The notes below the pieces were generated by a model. The model searched no databases, was not told the origin of the DNA, and saw only the letters and a list, made by a program, of their open reading frames with translations. The position numbers were made by a program, and so were the translations under genes. Below, one piece after another: positions 1 through 13,400 of a stretch of DNA of 64,000 nucleotides (position 1 is the stretch's first letter; every line of letters starts with the position of its first letter). Origin of the DNA: Mobula hypostoma (taxonomy: Eukaryota); the NCBI RefSeq assembly GCF_963921235.1, contig NC_086097.1, positions 172,548,001 to 172,612,000 on the forward strand, given 5' to 3'.

Positions 1-435
1 TGACCATCAGCACCTTGAAGACAAAAGGCAATTGCACGGGTACCTGGATAAAAAGGTTTTAAAAGGTTATAGGTCAAACACTGGCAAATCAGACCAGTTT
101 GGGTGAACATCTTGTTTTGCGTGGATCAATTGGGCTAAAAGGCTTGTTTCTATGCCATATGAAACTGTGACTCTAAGGACTTATTCATACTCATTCAACT
201 GTAATATACAATGGTGTTCCAAAGGCTACTTGCAATGGAGATGACTGATATCAGATGTGTGATATGTTTGGTGAAATCTCCCCAACTCTGCTAAAGTTTT
301 GATTGATGCTTGATGCACTGGACACTATTTCGTGCTTTCAAGACATTGGACATCTAAATCAAACTATCCAAACCAGGCTCTCATTGCCATGTGTCAAACA
401 AACAGTAACTTCCAAACAGCTTGATAAAGCAAAAC

Positions 436-912
436 AACAGTGCAAGAGCTGGCTATTAACTTCAAAAACGCACACATTCCTGTACGTATAAACTGTGTTC
501 AGGGTGAAAGGATTGAGTGCTTCAAGTTTCTAGGTGGAAACATCACCAATAGCCTGTCCTATGTCTTCATCAACTCTTACCAGTTTTCACTGATGCGCCA
601 TAGAAAGCAATCTGTCTGGATGCATAATGGCTTGGTATGGTAACTGCTCTGCACGTAACCACAAAAACCTGAGGAGTTGTGGACACAGCTCAGCAAAACA
701 CAGGAACCAGCCTCCCCTCTGTAGACTCTGTCTATACTACTCACTGCCTCAGTAACGCAGCCAGCATAATCAAAGTGCCAGCACATCAAACATTTTCTCT
801 TCTCCCTCTCCCATTGGGCAGAAGATATAAAAGCCTGAAAGCATGTACAACCAGGCTCAAGGACAGCCTCTGTCCCACTTGTATCAGACTCTTGGACACA
901 CCTCTTATGCGA
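436..912 (+). mobile_element. Rex/Babar-type LINE, degenerate RT C-terminal fragment
   Basis: Translations ERIECFKFLG and IIKVPAHQTFSLLPLPLGRRYKSLKACTTRLKDS match the RT tail seen in other copies (26-27 kb, 47 kb, 59-60 kb); frameshifted. Confidence 0.7.
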
Positions 913-1309
913 TGATTCAAGGTTGTTCAATGCCATTTCCAGTACACAAGTGTAAAGGAGAATGAAATAATTATTACTCCAGGTCCAAAGCAGCACAAAA
1001 AACACAAGAAGATAAAGAACACCATAATTAAAAAGAATAATAAATATTAATACATAAGATATTTTATATACATATATTTGATTGTATGTCCATAAAGTGA
1101 CGCTAGGCACAGGAGTGTCTGTACATAAGATAACTGACAGTAGTGGTGGTGGGGGGGGGGGAGGTTGTGAAAGAATAGGTTAGTGGGTGGAGGTCTACCG
1201 CATTATGATCTTGCACTTCATCTTTTACACTTTATTCTGCATTTTTAAACCTTATTCTAGCTCTAAGCAATGACTTTCCACTTTATCTTACGACATGAGA
1301 CAACAGTAA

Positions 1310-1835
1310 ACCAGTACAAATCAGCCTTACTGCTTAGGGAAAGTGACTGCTTTTGAGTCTGCTGGTCCTGGCGTGAATGATTCATAGCCTTCTCACTGAC
1401 AGGAGTAGGACGAGCAGGGTGGGTGGGATTCTTCGTGATATTACTGACCCTTTTCCGGCACCTCTCTGCATATATGCCTTGATGTTGGGTAGGTTGGTGC
1501 CAGTGATGCATTGGACAGTTTTGACTACCTGTTATAGGGACTTCTTGTCCGCTATACTATACAGTGATGCAGCATATTAGGATGCTCTCTACTGCACACC
1601 TGTAGAATGATGTGAGTCTAGATGTGTATAGTGCAGCTCTCTTCGGCCTCCCCAGTAAGTAGAGACAATGCTGAGGTTTTTTGATGGTGTAGGATGTGTT
1701 CTGGGATCATCAGAGATTGTGCGAGATTTGCACTCCCAGAGGTTTAAAACTGTTGTCATTTACAGTATCTTAAGTACATTGCTGTGCTACTGATGTAAAG
1801 AGAGGTGTGAGATGTGCCTGTTCTCCTAAAGTCTG
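1310..1835 (-). mobile_element. Rex/Babar-type LINE fragment
   Basis: Minus-strand remnant IYAERCRKRVSNITKNPTHP; same RT C-terminal region, degenerate. Confidence 0.55.
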
Positions 1836-2159
1836 ATGGTCTCTTGGCCCCACCATCTACCTCATTATGATCTTGCATTTCATCATTTACCTGCACTGCA
1901 CTCTTTTGGTAGCTTTTACACTTTATTCTGCATTGTTTTTTTAACCTTATTCTAGCTCGATGCTTTGTGTAATAATTTGATTTGTATAAACACTATGCAA
2001 GACAAATCTTTTCATTGTACATGTGTCAATAGTAAACCGATCCTAATACTAATAAATTACTAATAATTATAAATCAGGATGCTTCAGTTACAGTGGATTC
2101 AATTACTTTGATATCTTTTCAATATCAATTAAAGAGGCACCCAGCACCTGAAACCCAGG

Positions 2160-3115
2160 TTCAAAGTTCAAAGCAAATTTATTATCACTGTACATTTACA
2201 TCACCATATAGAACCCTGAGATTCATATTTTGTGGGCATTCGAATTAAATGCAAAGAAACACAATAGAATCAATGTAAAAATGCACACAATATGAACAAA
2301 CAATATGCAAAACTAACAAACTATGCAAATACAAAAAGACAAAATAAATAAACAAGTAATAAATATCGAGAACATGAGATAACAAGTCCTTGAAATTTAG
2401 TCCATTGGTTGTGGCAATAGTTCATAATTGGGGCAAGAGAACTTGAGAGGAATTGTCATCTCTGGTTCAAGAGCCTGGTGGTATGGATCCTGAGGCTCTT
2501 GCATCTCCTTCCTGATGACAGCAGCAAAAAGAGAGCATGGCTGAATGGTGGTGGGGGTCCATGATGATGGAATCTGCTTCCCTGCAACAGAGCTCCTTTA
2601 AACGTGCTCAATGGTGGGAAGGTTATTACCCACCCGCGAGGGACTGGACAGTATCCACCACTTTTTGTAGGCTTTTTTATTCAAGGGCACTGTTAATTCC
2701 ATACTGGGCTGTGATACAACCAGTCAATATACTCTCCACCGCACATCTGTCGAAGATTGTCAAAGTTTTAGATGACATGCCAAATCTTTACAAATTTCTA
2801 AAAATGTAGAGGCTTTCTTTGTAATGGCACTTGCGTACTGGAGCCAGGACAGATCCTCTGAAATGATAACAGCAAGGAATTTAAAGTTGCTGACCCTCTC
2901 TATCTTTGATCTCCTGATAAGGACTGGCTTGTGGACCTCCTGTTTCCTCCTCCTGAAATCAATAATCAGCTCCTTCGTCTTACTGACATTGAGTGATAGG
3001 TGGTTGTGGTGGCATTGCTCAGCCAGATTTCCAATCTTCCTCTTAAATGCTGATTCATCACCACAGCCATTTGATTCAGCCAATGACAGTGGTGTCGTCA
3101 GCAAACTTAAATATG
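2160..3115 (-). mobile_element. Rex/Babar-type LINE 3' part (RT tail plus 3' UTR)
   Basis: ORF 2760-3104 contains LSLNVSKTKELIIDFRR and FKFLAVII. The 3' UTR ends in short ttcaaag repeats near 2160. Confidence 0.75.
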
Positions 3116-4811
3116 GGTTGGCCTAAAAGGCCTGTTTCTGTACTTGTCTGTGCTCTATGTCCAAATATGTAAAAAAAAACAAGGATTTTCATTTCCGTAT
3201 CACTTTCCTGGTCCTCTGGACATCCAAGACACTTCATAACCAACAGGGTATATTTTACTTCATTTATTTACAGATACAACACAGTAACAGGCCCTTCCGA
3301 CCTAATTATTATGGTGCAGAAACTGCAACGACCAATCTGTGCACAGCAAGATCCCAAAAATGAAGGACTGTTGCTTTTCCTTTACAGGTGTTGGCTGACG
3401 CATATGTACAGGTCGAGGATGCCATGGGAATGCACTGTGTTCACTCCCCTAGCTCACACTCCAGTTTACCTCTTCCTCTGCTTTGTACATTGGACATTGG
3501 ACTCACTCCAAGGCTCCTTCTTAGACCATAAGGCCATAAGACATCAGAGCAGAATTAGGCCATTCAGCTCATCAAGTCTTCTCCGCCATTCCAACATGGC
3601 TGATCCTGGATCCCACTCAACCCCATACATCTGCCTTCTTACCATATCCTTTGATGCCATTACCGATCAGGGAACTATCCACATCAGCCTTAAATATACC
3701 TACGTAATTGACCTCCATCACAGTCTGTGGCAGAGCATTCCACAGATTCACCACTCTCTGGTTAAAAAAATTCCTCCTTACCTCTGTTCTAAAAGGTCTC
3801 CCCTCATTTTTAAGGTTCTTCCCTCTAGTTCTGGATACACCCATCATAGGAAACATCCTCTCCACATCCACCTTATCTAGTCTTTTCAACATTCAATAGG
3901 TTTCAATGAGATTCCCCCACAATTTTCTAAATTCTAGTGAATACAGGCCCAAGGCTGCCAAACGTTCCTCATGTGTTAACCCCTTCATTCCTGGAATCAT
4001 CCGCATGAACCTCCTCTGGACCCTCTCCAATGATATCACATCCTTTCTGAGATATGGGGCCCAAAACTGTTAACAACACTCCAAGTGGAGTCTGCCTAGT
4101 GTCTTATAAAGGCTCAGCATTACCTCTTCGCTTTTATATTCTATTCCCCTTGAAATAAATGACAACATTGCATTTGCCTTCTTTACCACAGACTCAACCT
4201 GTGAATTAATCTTGTGGGAGTCTTACACAAGGACTTCTAAGTCCCTCTGCACCTCTGATGTTTTTTTTTATTTTATTTTTATTTGGATAAGGAATTCACA
4301 ATTATCATGTACTTTTTTCACACATATAACCTTTTCCATTTTTTTATATGTATAAAACTACAATTATTTATACATTCTTAAGTACACATTGAGATGATAT
4401 AAAAGGAAAATAAACATTTAAATAGATAATTATGTACTGTGGTAAATCTAACCTATTAGGCTAAGTAATGAAATTAGTTGTTAAGAAAAATGGTAATAAT
4501 AGTTTCCATACAACCCTTCTAGACCATTTCCACTGGTCCAAAATGTTGCATACAAGCCTATATACCAACCATTGTAGGTGTTTATATCTCAATTTGCTCG
4601 TGCTTGTTCCTGCCCGCAGACATAATTATCTAATCCCTATGTACTTATTTACTTAATTTTTTCATTTTTTTTTTATCCCTTTCCCAAATCTTTCCCTTTA
4701 CTTGTGTTAATTCTCTATTTTCCAAAAAAAAAACAAACATTTAGACTAGGGGTGCTTACGTTAGCAATATTACTGTGTTGATGAGAAGAGCAATATAAAT
4801 CATTAGGAGAG

Positions 4812-7800
4812 TCATCTAAAGTCTGCTCGCATTGGGGTTATATATTCAATCCATTTATTCCAGATTTGATAAAATGTTTCTTTTTGAGTTCTCAGGGAGT
4901 AAGTCAACTTTTCCATTTTAAATATTTCCAAGATAATTTCGTACCAATCTTCTAATGTAGGTGGTATTGGATTTAGCCATTTTCTAGTGATTGATTTCTT
5001 ACTTGCCGCCAAGAGGGCCTGCAGCAACTTTATATCTTCCTTCTGTTCAAGGAACAATACATGCCCCAAATAGAGCGTCTCAAAGTTCAGAGGTATCTGG
5101 GACCTAAGTACCTTAACTAATGTTCTATGAATACCTTCCCAAAATAGACTTAATTTAGGGCAATCCCAGAAAATATGAAAATGATTTGCCTCCTTGGAGC
5201 CGCACCTTCTCCAACACATCACATTTGTATCTTTATATTTTTCCTGATATGGGGTCTTGAAGTATCTTATAATGTTTTTCCAACAATGTTCTCTCCAAGT
5301 CAAAGAATTAGTCGAGGACCATTGAAAGCTGCAGATTTTCCCCCAAGCCTCCTCTGAAAGCACCAACCCCGCTTCTTTCTCCCACTTCTCTTTAATATAC
5401 AGTGTATTTACATTTTTAGCATGGGAGAGTGCATTATATAGGCGAGAAACTGATTTACTAGGTATTGAACTGCAAGCCGAATTCAGAATCTTGAAAAATT
5501 CTAATTCTACTGTTGATAGGTCTGTATATCTACAACTCTGGTTAACATAGTTTCGTATTTGAAGGTACCTAAAAAAGTCATTATGTTCTAGGCCATGTTT
5601 GTCCTGCAGGATTTGGAAACTTTGTAATACTCTTTTATCTATAAATGAGAGGTAGGTTGTAAGACCTTTCTTTATCCATAGCTCAAATCTTTTATCTCCT
5701 CTGTTGGGAAGGAATTCGGTATCATATGCACACCATCTAAAGAGTTTTAACATGTTATTAATTCCACATGAATTAACCACCTTCTGCCATACTTTTAATG
5801 TAAGATTTATCCAAGCATTATTAAATTTTTCCAACTGGGCCATCAATCCTTTGTCAGCTATTGAGGCCTGAAGAGGAAAACTGTCAACTAATCCAAATTC
5901 TATTTCCTTCCATCTAGCCTTATATTCCCTATTACACCAATATAACAGAGGGGTTATCTGTGAGGCATAAAAATAATTTCTCAGGCAAGGAAGAACCATA
6001 CCTCCTCCTTCCTTCCCTAACTGTAAGGTGTTATATCGAATTCTAGGTTTCCTTCCTTGCCAAATGAAGCGGGAAATCCATTTGTCCCATTCCCTGAATT
6101 GATTATCATCCACCTCCACTGGTAAAGTACGGAAAAGATATAATAACCGAGGAAGAATATTCATTTTTATAGTATTTATCCTTGAATTTAAAATTAAAAA
6201 GGGGATAAGATTCCATCTATGCATATCTGCTTTTATCTCTGAGATAATGGCCCATAATTTACCTGTGACAGTGTTGAAAGATCCTTCGGCAGGGTTATTC
6301 CTAAATATTTTAATGATTTAGCTTCCCACTTAAGATCGTATGTATCCTGCAATTTTTTGGATGGTGTATAATTTAGGGACATAACCTGCGTTTTCTTTAC
6401 ATTTATTTTATAACCTGATATTTTCCCAAAGTCATCCAACAGTGTAAACAATCCTATAAATGATTTTTCTGGTTCACTCAGATAGACCAAAACATCATCT
6501 GCGAATAACGCCACTTTCTGTTCAATCCCTGCCACCTTGATACCTTTTACGATTTCGCTCTGTCTTATTAGTTGGGCAAGTGGTTCAATATATAGCGCAA
6601 AAAGGAGAGGAGAAATTGGGCATCCCTGTCTAATGCCTCTCTCTAAAATGAAGGAGTCAGAGAGGTCCCCATTTATCTTAATTCGGGCTGTAGGGCTGTC
6701 ATATAGAGTCTGAATTACTTTAATAAACCTTTCTTGAAAGCCGAATCTTCCTAACACTCTGTATAGGAATGCCCAACTAACCGAATCAAAAGCTTTTTCA
6801 GCGTCCAATCCTACTACCATTGTCTCTGTCTCGTTCTTATTAACCTGTTCTAATATGTGCAGAGTTCTCCTTATGTTGTCCTGTGTTTGTCTTTGTTGAA
6901 TAAATCCAGTCTGGTCTAAATGGATTAGGCCAGGTAAGAGCTTTTCCAATCTGCGCGCTAATATAGATGTAAATAGTTTGTAATCTAAATTAAGAACACT
7001 AATTGGCCGATAATTGCCACATTCTAGTTTATCTTTACCCTCTTTAGGAATAACTGAAATAATCGCTTCTCTCCAGGAAGGTGGAGTTTCTCCTCTCTGC
7101 AAGATCCAATTAAAGGTGTTAAGTAGTAATGGGGCTAACTGTGTCTTCAGGGACTTGTACCACTCTGAGGTAAACCCATCAGAACCCGGGGACTTTCCAG
7201 CCTTTAACCTAGAGATGGCCACGTTCAGTTCTTTGACAGTTACTGGTTCTAATAAACTTTCATTTTGTAAATCTGTAAGTTTAGGTAGATCTAAAAAATT
7301 CAATACACTGTCTATATAGGGCTCAATGGGGGCCCGGGGTTGGGAGTACAGCTCTCGATAATATGTTTCAAAACTCTCTTGAATTTTCCCTATTGTACTC
7401 TCCACAAGCTTTGTCTTTGGATTCTTTATTTTATGAATTGTATTGTCTGCTTGTTGTTTTCGTAATTTATATGCTAATAATCTAGCTGATTTACCTCCTA
7501 CTTCATAATTCTTTTGTCTCAGGTAAAGAAAATTTCTTTGAGTTTCCAACGTATAAGTATCATCAATTTCACTTTGCAATTTCCTAATTTCCTGTTTTCG
7601 ATTTGAGTTACTTTTGTTGCTATCTACAACTTGAAGTTGTTTTAATTTTCTTTGAAGGTCTGCTAATTTTTGTGCATTGATTTTTTTCATGTGAGTAGTA
7701 ATGGAAATAATTTTCCCTCTCAGTACAGCTTTCAATGTATCCCATAAAATCACTGGTGATGTTTCTCCCGTGTCATTAAGGTCTAGATATTCTTTGATTT

Positions 7801-8600
7801 CTCCCCTTAATCTCTCCATTACTTTCGGGTTATTGAGTATATGTGAGTTTAGCCTCCATAGTGTTTTCCTAATTTTCCTTTCCAGGATTAGAGACATAGA
7901 GACTGGGCTATGATCCGACAGATCAATTGTTGCAATATTACAGTTTTTTATCCTGAGTCTATCTGTATTAAAGATAAAAGAAATAGTCTATCCTTGAATA
8001 GGCTGAATGAGGGAAAGAGTAATATGTATAATCTTTACTAGTAGGGTGTAATTCCCTCCAGACATCTATAATTCCCAACTCCTCCATCAATGAATTCACT
8101 TTCCGAGTCAGAAGTTTATTCTGAGTAACTATTCTTGAAGAATCTAATATAGGATTTAATCTAATATTAAAATCCCCTCCACAAATTACTACCCCTCGAG
8201 AACTGACCATTAGGTCAAAAATGTGTCTATAAAATGACCATTCACTACCTGGAGGAGCATAAACATTCAGCAATGTTATTTCTGTACCTTCTATTCTTCC
8301 TGTGATTTTTACAAACCGTCCTTCTTTGACTCTAGTCTCTGAAATATGTTCATAATTAAGAGTACTTGATATTAAAGTAGCTACCCCTCTTTTGTGACTC
8401 AATTTATATGATGAATAAAATACATGCTTAAAGCCCATTCTTTTTAATTTTCCATGTTCAGATTGGCTCATATGTGTTTCCTGGAGGAAAGCTATTTGTG
8501 CCCTCTCTTTTTTCAATTTAGACATAATCTTATTTCTTTTAATTGGATTCAAAACCCCATTAACATTATAGGAAATTATTTTTACCAATTCAGTTTGCAT
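4812..8600 (-). pseudogene. L1 ORF2 (APE endonuclease plus reverse transcriptase), two single-base frameshifts
   Basis: EN motifs SYNVNG, LQETH, GDFN, SRIDY, SDH. RT motifs NYRPISVLN, DAEKAFD, RQGCPISP, FADD, KYLG. One extra base near 7976-7979 and one missing base near 6245 join the three ORFs. Confidence 0.95.
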
Positions 8601-8962
8601 TTTTCTCTAGTAGAGAAAAAGCACTCTCCTTTTCTAACCAAACAGTAAGCAATCCCTTCTCAACAGTAAACCAAGACATATAACCACACCCTAGACATTT
8701 CTGAACGTATAACATTTGAAAATTTTTCCCAACTTCCCACAGTGAGGCCTGAGCACCGACCCGCCTCAGTTCAGAGGGATAACCTGTATCTTCACCCTGT
8801 GTTAGAGGGCCCTCAGCAGTTTGAATAATCATAGAGAACTTTCTCCTATTTATGTCTTGACCATATTGCTATCATTCAAGTTATTCCGCCTAGTTTATTT
8901 TCAGTTACCAGTTTTCATTTTACTTTTAAGTCCGATTTACTCTTTTCAGTCATTTCTCTTAA

Positions 8963-9949
8963 TTAATCTGTATTCTCTGTACATTCGCGTCTGAATATTT
9001 GCAGCTTTTCCTTGTAGTTTGACACTCTGGTTCGAGTGGAGCGTCCTCACCCCACTAACTGCCACGACTTCTGCCGAATCCTCTCCAGTAGCAACTCCGG
9101 TTGGATGATAACTTTAATAGGTAGTCCCCGGTCCGCCAGGTCCAACGTTGCCTCCTCCACCGTAGCGTAAGTTTTTGTCCCTTCGTCGTAAAAGACTCTC
9201 AGCTGAGCTGGATACAGGGTCTGGAATCTGATGTTGTTTTCCTTCAGGACCCTCCGTGTTTCCATATATTCCTTCCGTCTGGCAAGAATCCCCGGTGCGT
9301 AGTCGTGGTCTAAACTGATTTTGCAGTTGTTCCACATGAAACCTTTCTTTTGCCATGCTCTTTTAAGCACCTCTTCCTTCGTTCTGTAACTGAGAAATCT
9401 GACCAGAATCGATCTGGGCTAGGCGCCTGCCGGAGGCTGTGGTGTCAACGCGCGGTGAGCCCTTTCTATCTGTCGGTCTTTTGCGGCCGGTATATCAAGG
9501 TTCTCTCTAAGCAGCTTCTCCACGAAAGGAATCATCAATCCGGGTTTACCTTCGGTTCCTTCGGGAACTCCGTAGATCCTCACATTTTCCCTTCTCGAGC
9601 GGCCTTCTTGATCTATTAGTTTCCACTGGAGCTGGTCTTGTAGCTTCAGCATTTCTGCTATCACTTCCTCGGCGTTTTGTAGCTTCTCTTCAATTCCAAC
9701 AATCCTCGCTTCGGCTTCATCTATCCGCGAGTTAGTTTTTACTATTTCTCCTTTAATATCTTCCAGCTGTTTGCTGTTATCTTGTCGGAACTCGCGAATC
9801 TCTCCGAGAATCAAAGACAGAGTCACCGATTCCCCCTCATTATCTCCGTCCTGGCTTGCCGTGGGGGAGCTAGGCCCGTCGCCTTGCTGCATCTCTTTAT
9901 GTTTATCAGCCTTCGAAGTGGACTTTTTATTCTTGTTCTTAGACATCAT
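8963..9949 (-). pseudogene. L1 ORF1 (coiled coil plus RRM/CTD, Transposase_22-like), two in-frame stops
   Basis: EGRSRRENVRIYGVPE, IERAHR and TLYPAQLRV motifs. ORFs 9419-9949 and 9047-9370 are in the same frame (TAG at 9419-9421). Past the TGA at 9047-9049 the frame reads GRSTRTRVSNYKEKLQIFRRECTENTD to a TAA at 8963-8965. Confidence 0.9.
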
Positions 9950-11091
9950 CCTTGCCCCTTTTATTAATATAGTTATGCAATATTAAGTATTTGTCTAAAT
10001 TCGATTTTGGGGCAGTTTACCTTCTTTTTTGTCGAGAGACCTTTTCCTTACGCCGCCATTCCCTTGATGACCCGCGGACAATCCGCACCTCTGATGTTTG
10101 AACCTTCTCGCCATTTAGATAATAGTCTGCACTATTATTCCTTTTACCAAAACGCATTGTCATACATTTCCCAACATTGTATTCCATCTGCCACTTTTTT
10201 GCCCATTCTTCCAACTTGGCTAAGTCCTGCTGTAATCACATTACTTTCTCAGCACTACCTACCCTTGCACCTATCTTTGTATCATCAGCAAACTTTCCTA
10301 CAAAGCCATCAATTCCATTACCGAAATCATTGACAAACAATGTGAAAAGTAGCAGTCCCGACACTGACCACTAGTCACCAGCAGCCAAGCAGAAAAGGCC
10401 CCTTTTATTTACACTTGCTACCTCATGCCTGTCAGCCATTCCTCTATCCATGCCAGTATCTTTCCTGTAACACCATACGATTTTATCTTGTTAAAAAGCC
10501 TCATGTGTGGCACCTCATCAAATGACTTCTGGAAATCCAAGTAAATGACATCCGCTGCCTCTCCTTTGTCCATGCTGCTTGTTACTTCCTTGAAGAACTC
10601 GTAACAGAATTGTCAGGCAATGTTTCCCTTTACAGAAACTATGCTGAATTTGACTTACTTTATCATTTGTCTCCAAGTACCCCGAAACCTCATGCTTAAC
10701 AGTAGACTCCAACACTTTCCCAATAACTGAGGTTAGGTTAACTGACCTTTAATTCTTTTCTTTTGCCTTCCTCCCTTCTTAAAGAGTGGAGTGACATTTG
10801 CAATCTTCGGGACAATGCCAGAATCAAGTGATTCTTGAAAAATTATGACCAATGTATCCGTTAACTCTTCACTAACCTCTCTCCAGACTTTGGGATGTAG
10901 TCCATCCAGTCCAGGTGACCTATCCACCTTAAGACCTTTCAGTTTGTCTAACACTTCTTCCCTTGTAATGGCAATGGCACTCACTCCTGCTCCCTGACAC
11001 TCACGGTCCTCTGGAACACGGCTAGTGCCTTCCACAGGGAAGACATACGTAAAGTATACATTAAAGTACACTTCTTTTTACTCTTTATATA

Positions 11092-11619
11092 CAGTCAGCC
11101 CTACATATCCACGGGTTCCGCATTCGCGGATTCAACCAACCGCGAATTGGGATCAGAAAAAAACCCGGAAGTTCTCCCTCCAGCACTCGTTGTTTGAGCA
11201 TTTTTCGCCTCACATCTCATTCAGTTGCTACTTGTGTTGTGAGCAAGAGGAAGGCTAGTAAGGGATGGCTGGCTAGCTATGTAAAGCGCTACAGCCTCAA
11301 GAATTTGAAGATCACAGGAGAATCAGCATCGGCTGATGCCAAGGCAACATCAGCGTTCCCAGAAGATCTACAATGGTTGTGTCTGTAGTAAACATGTACA
11401 GACTTTTTTTCTTGTCATTATTCCCTAAACAATACAGTATAACAACTATTCACATAGCATTTACATTGTATTAGGTATTATAGGTCATCTAGAGCTGATT
11501 TAAAGTATATGGGAAGATGTGCGTAGGTTATATGCAAATACTACGCCATTTTATATACAGGACTTGAGCATCCGCGGGGGTCCCGGAACCAAACCCCCGC
11601 AGATACGGAGGGCCGAAAG
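11092..11619 (+). mobile_element. Tigger/pogo non-autonomous DNA transposon (Tigger3/MER7-like)
   Basis: TA TSD at 11090-11091 and 11620-11621. Imperfect TIRs cagtcagccctacatatccacggg / cccgcagatacggagggccgaaag. Transposase remnant ASKGWLASYVKRYSLKNLKITGESASAD. Confidence 0.85.
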
Positions 11620-12437
11620 TAACTGAAAAAAACATCTGATATCCCGCTTTATATTATTGGCTAATTTACCCTCATATTTCATCTTTTCCTTTTTTATAGT
11701 TTTTTTTTAGTTGCCTTTTGTCAGATTTTAAAAGCTACCTGTTTGTTATCAATTGAAACTGTAACTATTCAATTCCCATGGCTGTCTTAACCATACCTTG
11801 TCTCCTGTAAAAATCTGATTTTCTTTTCTCAGTTCCTTTGTCTCCATCACATCTGTTCCCAGGATGAAGCTTTCTTTTCATGAATCAGAGATGTCCTACT
11901 TCTTCAAAGAATTATGATATTGTAGACATCTGTGAGATTTGGTTACTGGAGGGGCAGAACTGGCAGCTGGGTTTCCACTGTTTCAGACGTGATAGGGTGG
12001 GAGAAAGTGGTGGCATTACTAGTCAGGGAAAAAAGTTAAGACAATGTTCAGTCAGGACAGAACTCATCTAATGAGGCTTTAAGGGTGGAACTAAGAACTA
12101 AGAAAGGTATGACCATGTTAATATGGGCTATATTATAGACCACCCAACAGTCAGCGGGATTAGAGGAACAAATTTGAAGAGAGATCGCCTGTTGCAGGTG
12201 ATTTTAACTTTCCACACATTGACTGAGAACTGTAAAAGGACTAGATAGGATAGAGTTTGTTAAAGGTGTTCAAGAAAGTTTCCGTAACCAATACATAAAA
12301 GTCCCAGTGAGTGAATGTGCAATACTGGAACTTCTATGAGGGAAATGAGACAGCACAGGTGTCAGCAGTTTGTGTAGGGGAATGTTTTGCATCTAGTGAC
12401 CATAATGCTCTAAGTTTCAATATAATTATGGAATTTA

Positions 12438-12745
12438 ACATCTCAACCTGGTCCCTTCAAAATTTCACTTTGAAGGATTCCCACTCATCAAATACATCTT
12501 TGCCAGAAAACATCCTGTCCCAATTCACTCTTGCCAGATCCTTTCTGATACCATCAAAATTGGTCTTTCTCCAATTTAGAATCTCAATCTGAGATTCTGG
12601 GGACCAGGTTGAGATTCTAAGTTGGAGAAAGACCAATTTTGATGGTATCAGAAAGGATCTGGCAACAGTGAATTGGGACAGGTTGTTTTCTGGCAAAGAT
12701 ATACTTAATAAGTGGGAATCCTTCAAAGTGAAATTTTCAGAGTAC
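12438..12745. repeat. Fold-back inverted duplication inside CR1
   Basis: About 12457-12590 is the reverse complement of about 12606-12740 (aaatttcactttgaaggattcccact / agtgggaatccttcaaagtgaaattt), with a short spacer. Confidence 0.9.
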
Positions 12746-13189
12746 ATTGTATGTATGTGCCTGTCAGAAAAAAAAGGCAAGGATAACAGGTTTACAGGAC
12801 CTTGATTTTCAAGAGATATTGATTTTCTTAACAGATATTTCATGGTTAAGAAAAATAAGGAGGTGCATAGCAGGTATAGCAAGGTAAAAACCAATGGGGT
12901 ACTTGAAGAGTATAGGAAATGCAAGAAAACACAGGAGGAAATCAGGAGGGATAAATAAAGGCATGAGGTTGCTCTAGCAGACAAGGTGAAGGAGAATCCT
13001 AAGGGCTTCTACAGATATGTTAAGAGCAAAAGGATTGCAAAAGACAAAATTAGTCCTCTGGAAGATTGGAATGGTAATCTATGCATGGAGCCAAAAAAGA
13101 TGGGGGAAGTCTTCCTTCTGCTAAAATGGCGACACATGTAGACGCAGCGGCCTCTCGGGGGCCAACCAAAGATGCTTTTTTCTTTGTTA

Positions 13190-13400
13190 GCAGCACAAAC
13201 AGAATGCTGGTGGAACTCTGCAGATCAGGCAGCTTCTAAGAAAAGTGTACAGTTGACATGTTGGCCCAAAACCCTTTGACAGTCCTGCCGAAGGATTTTG
13301 GCCCGACACATCAATTGTACATTTTTCCTAGATGCTGCCTGGCCTGCTGAGTTCCTCCAGTATTTTGCGTGTGTTGCTTGGATTTCCAGCATCTACAGAC
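13190..13400. mobile_element. Head-to-head pair of Penelope pLTR-derived units (decayed hammerhead motifs)
   Basis: atgctggtggaactc...ggcagc is mirrored by gatgctgcctggcctgctgagttcctccag; junction at about 13280. Confidence 0.75.

Larger units (their letters stand above)
4264..10084 (-). mobile_element. Full-length L1-clade LINE (about 5.8 kb)
   Basis: 15-bp TSD gcacctctgatgttt at 4249-4263 and 10085-10099. AATAAA plus A-rich tail (read as T-run from 4261). Short 5' UTR, ORF1, about 360-bp spacer, EN-RT ORF2 with C-terminal CWRRC...H...C motif. Confidence 0.95.
3521..11738 (-). mobile_element. CR1 LINE 3' half, interrupted by an L1 (4264-10084) and a Tigger MITE (11092-11619)
   Basis: 3' terminal gaccataa-type repeats at about 3524-3540; RRNFFNQRVVNLWNALP; KVDRSPGLDGLHPKV and IANVTPLFKKGG at 10733-11071. 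Sequence resumes colinearly across both insertions. Confidence 0.85.

Noticed and set aside
577..1110. 177-aa ORF with a hydrophobic, membrane-like N-terminus
   Set aside because: Reads through a T-rich LINE 3' UTR and antisense Rex RT; compositional artefact.
1200..1263. Direct repeat with 1863-1958
   Set aside because: Two pieces of the same abundant LINE 3' UTR (also at about 23190-23280); not a distinct structure I can support.
12457..12984. 175-aa ORF with an apparent internal mirror
   Set aside because: Chimeric reading across the CR1 fold-back (antisense then sense); not a gene.
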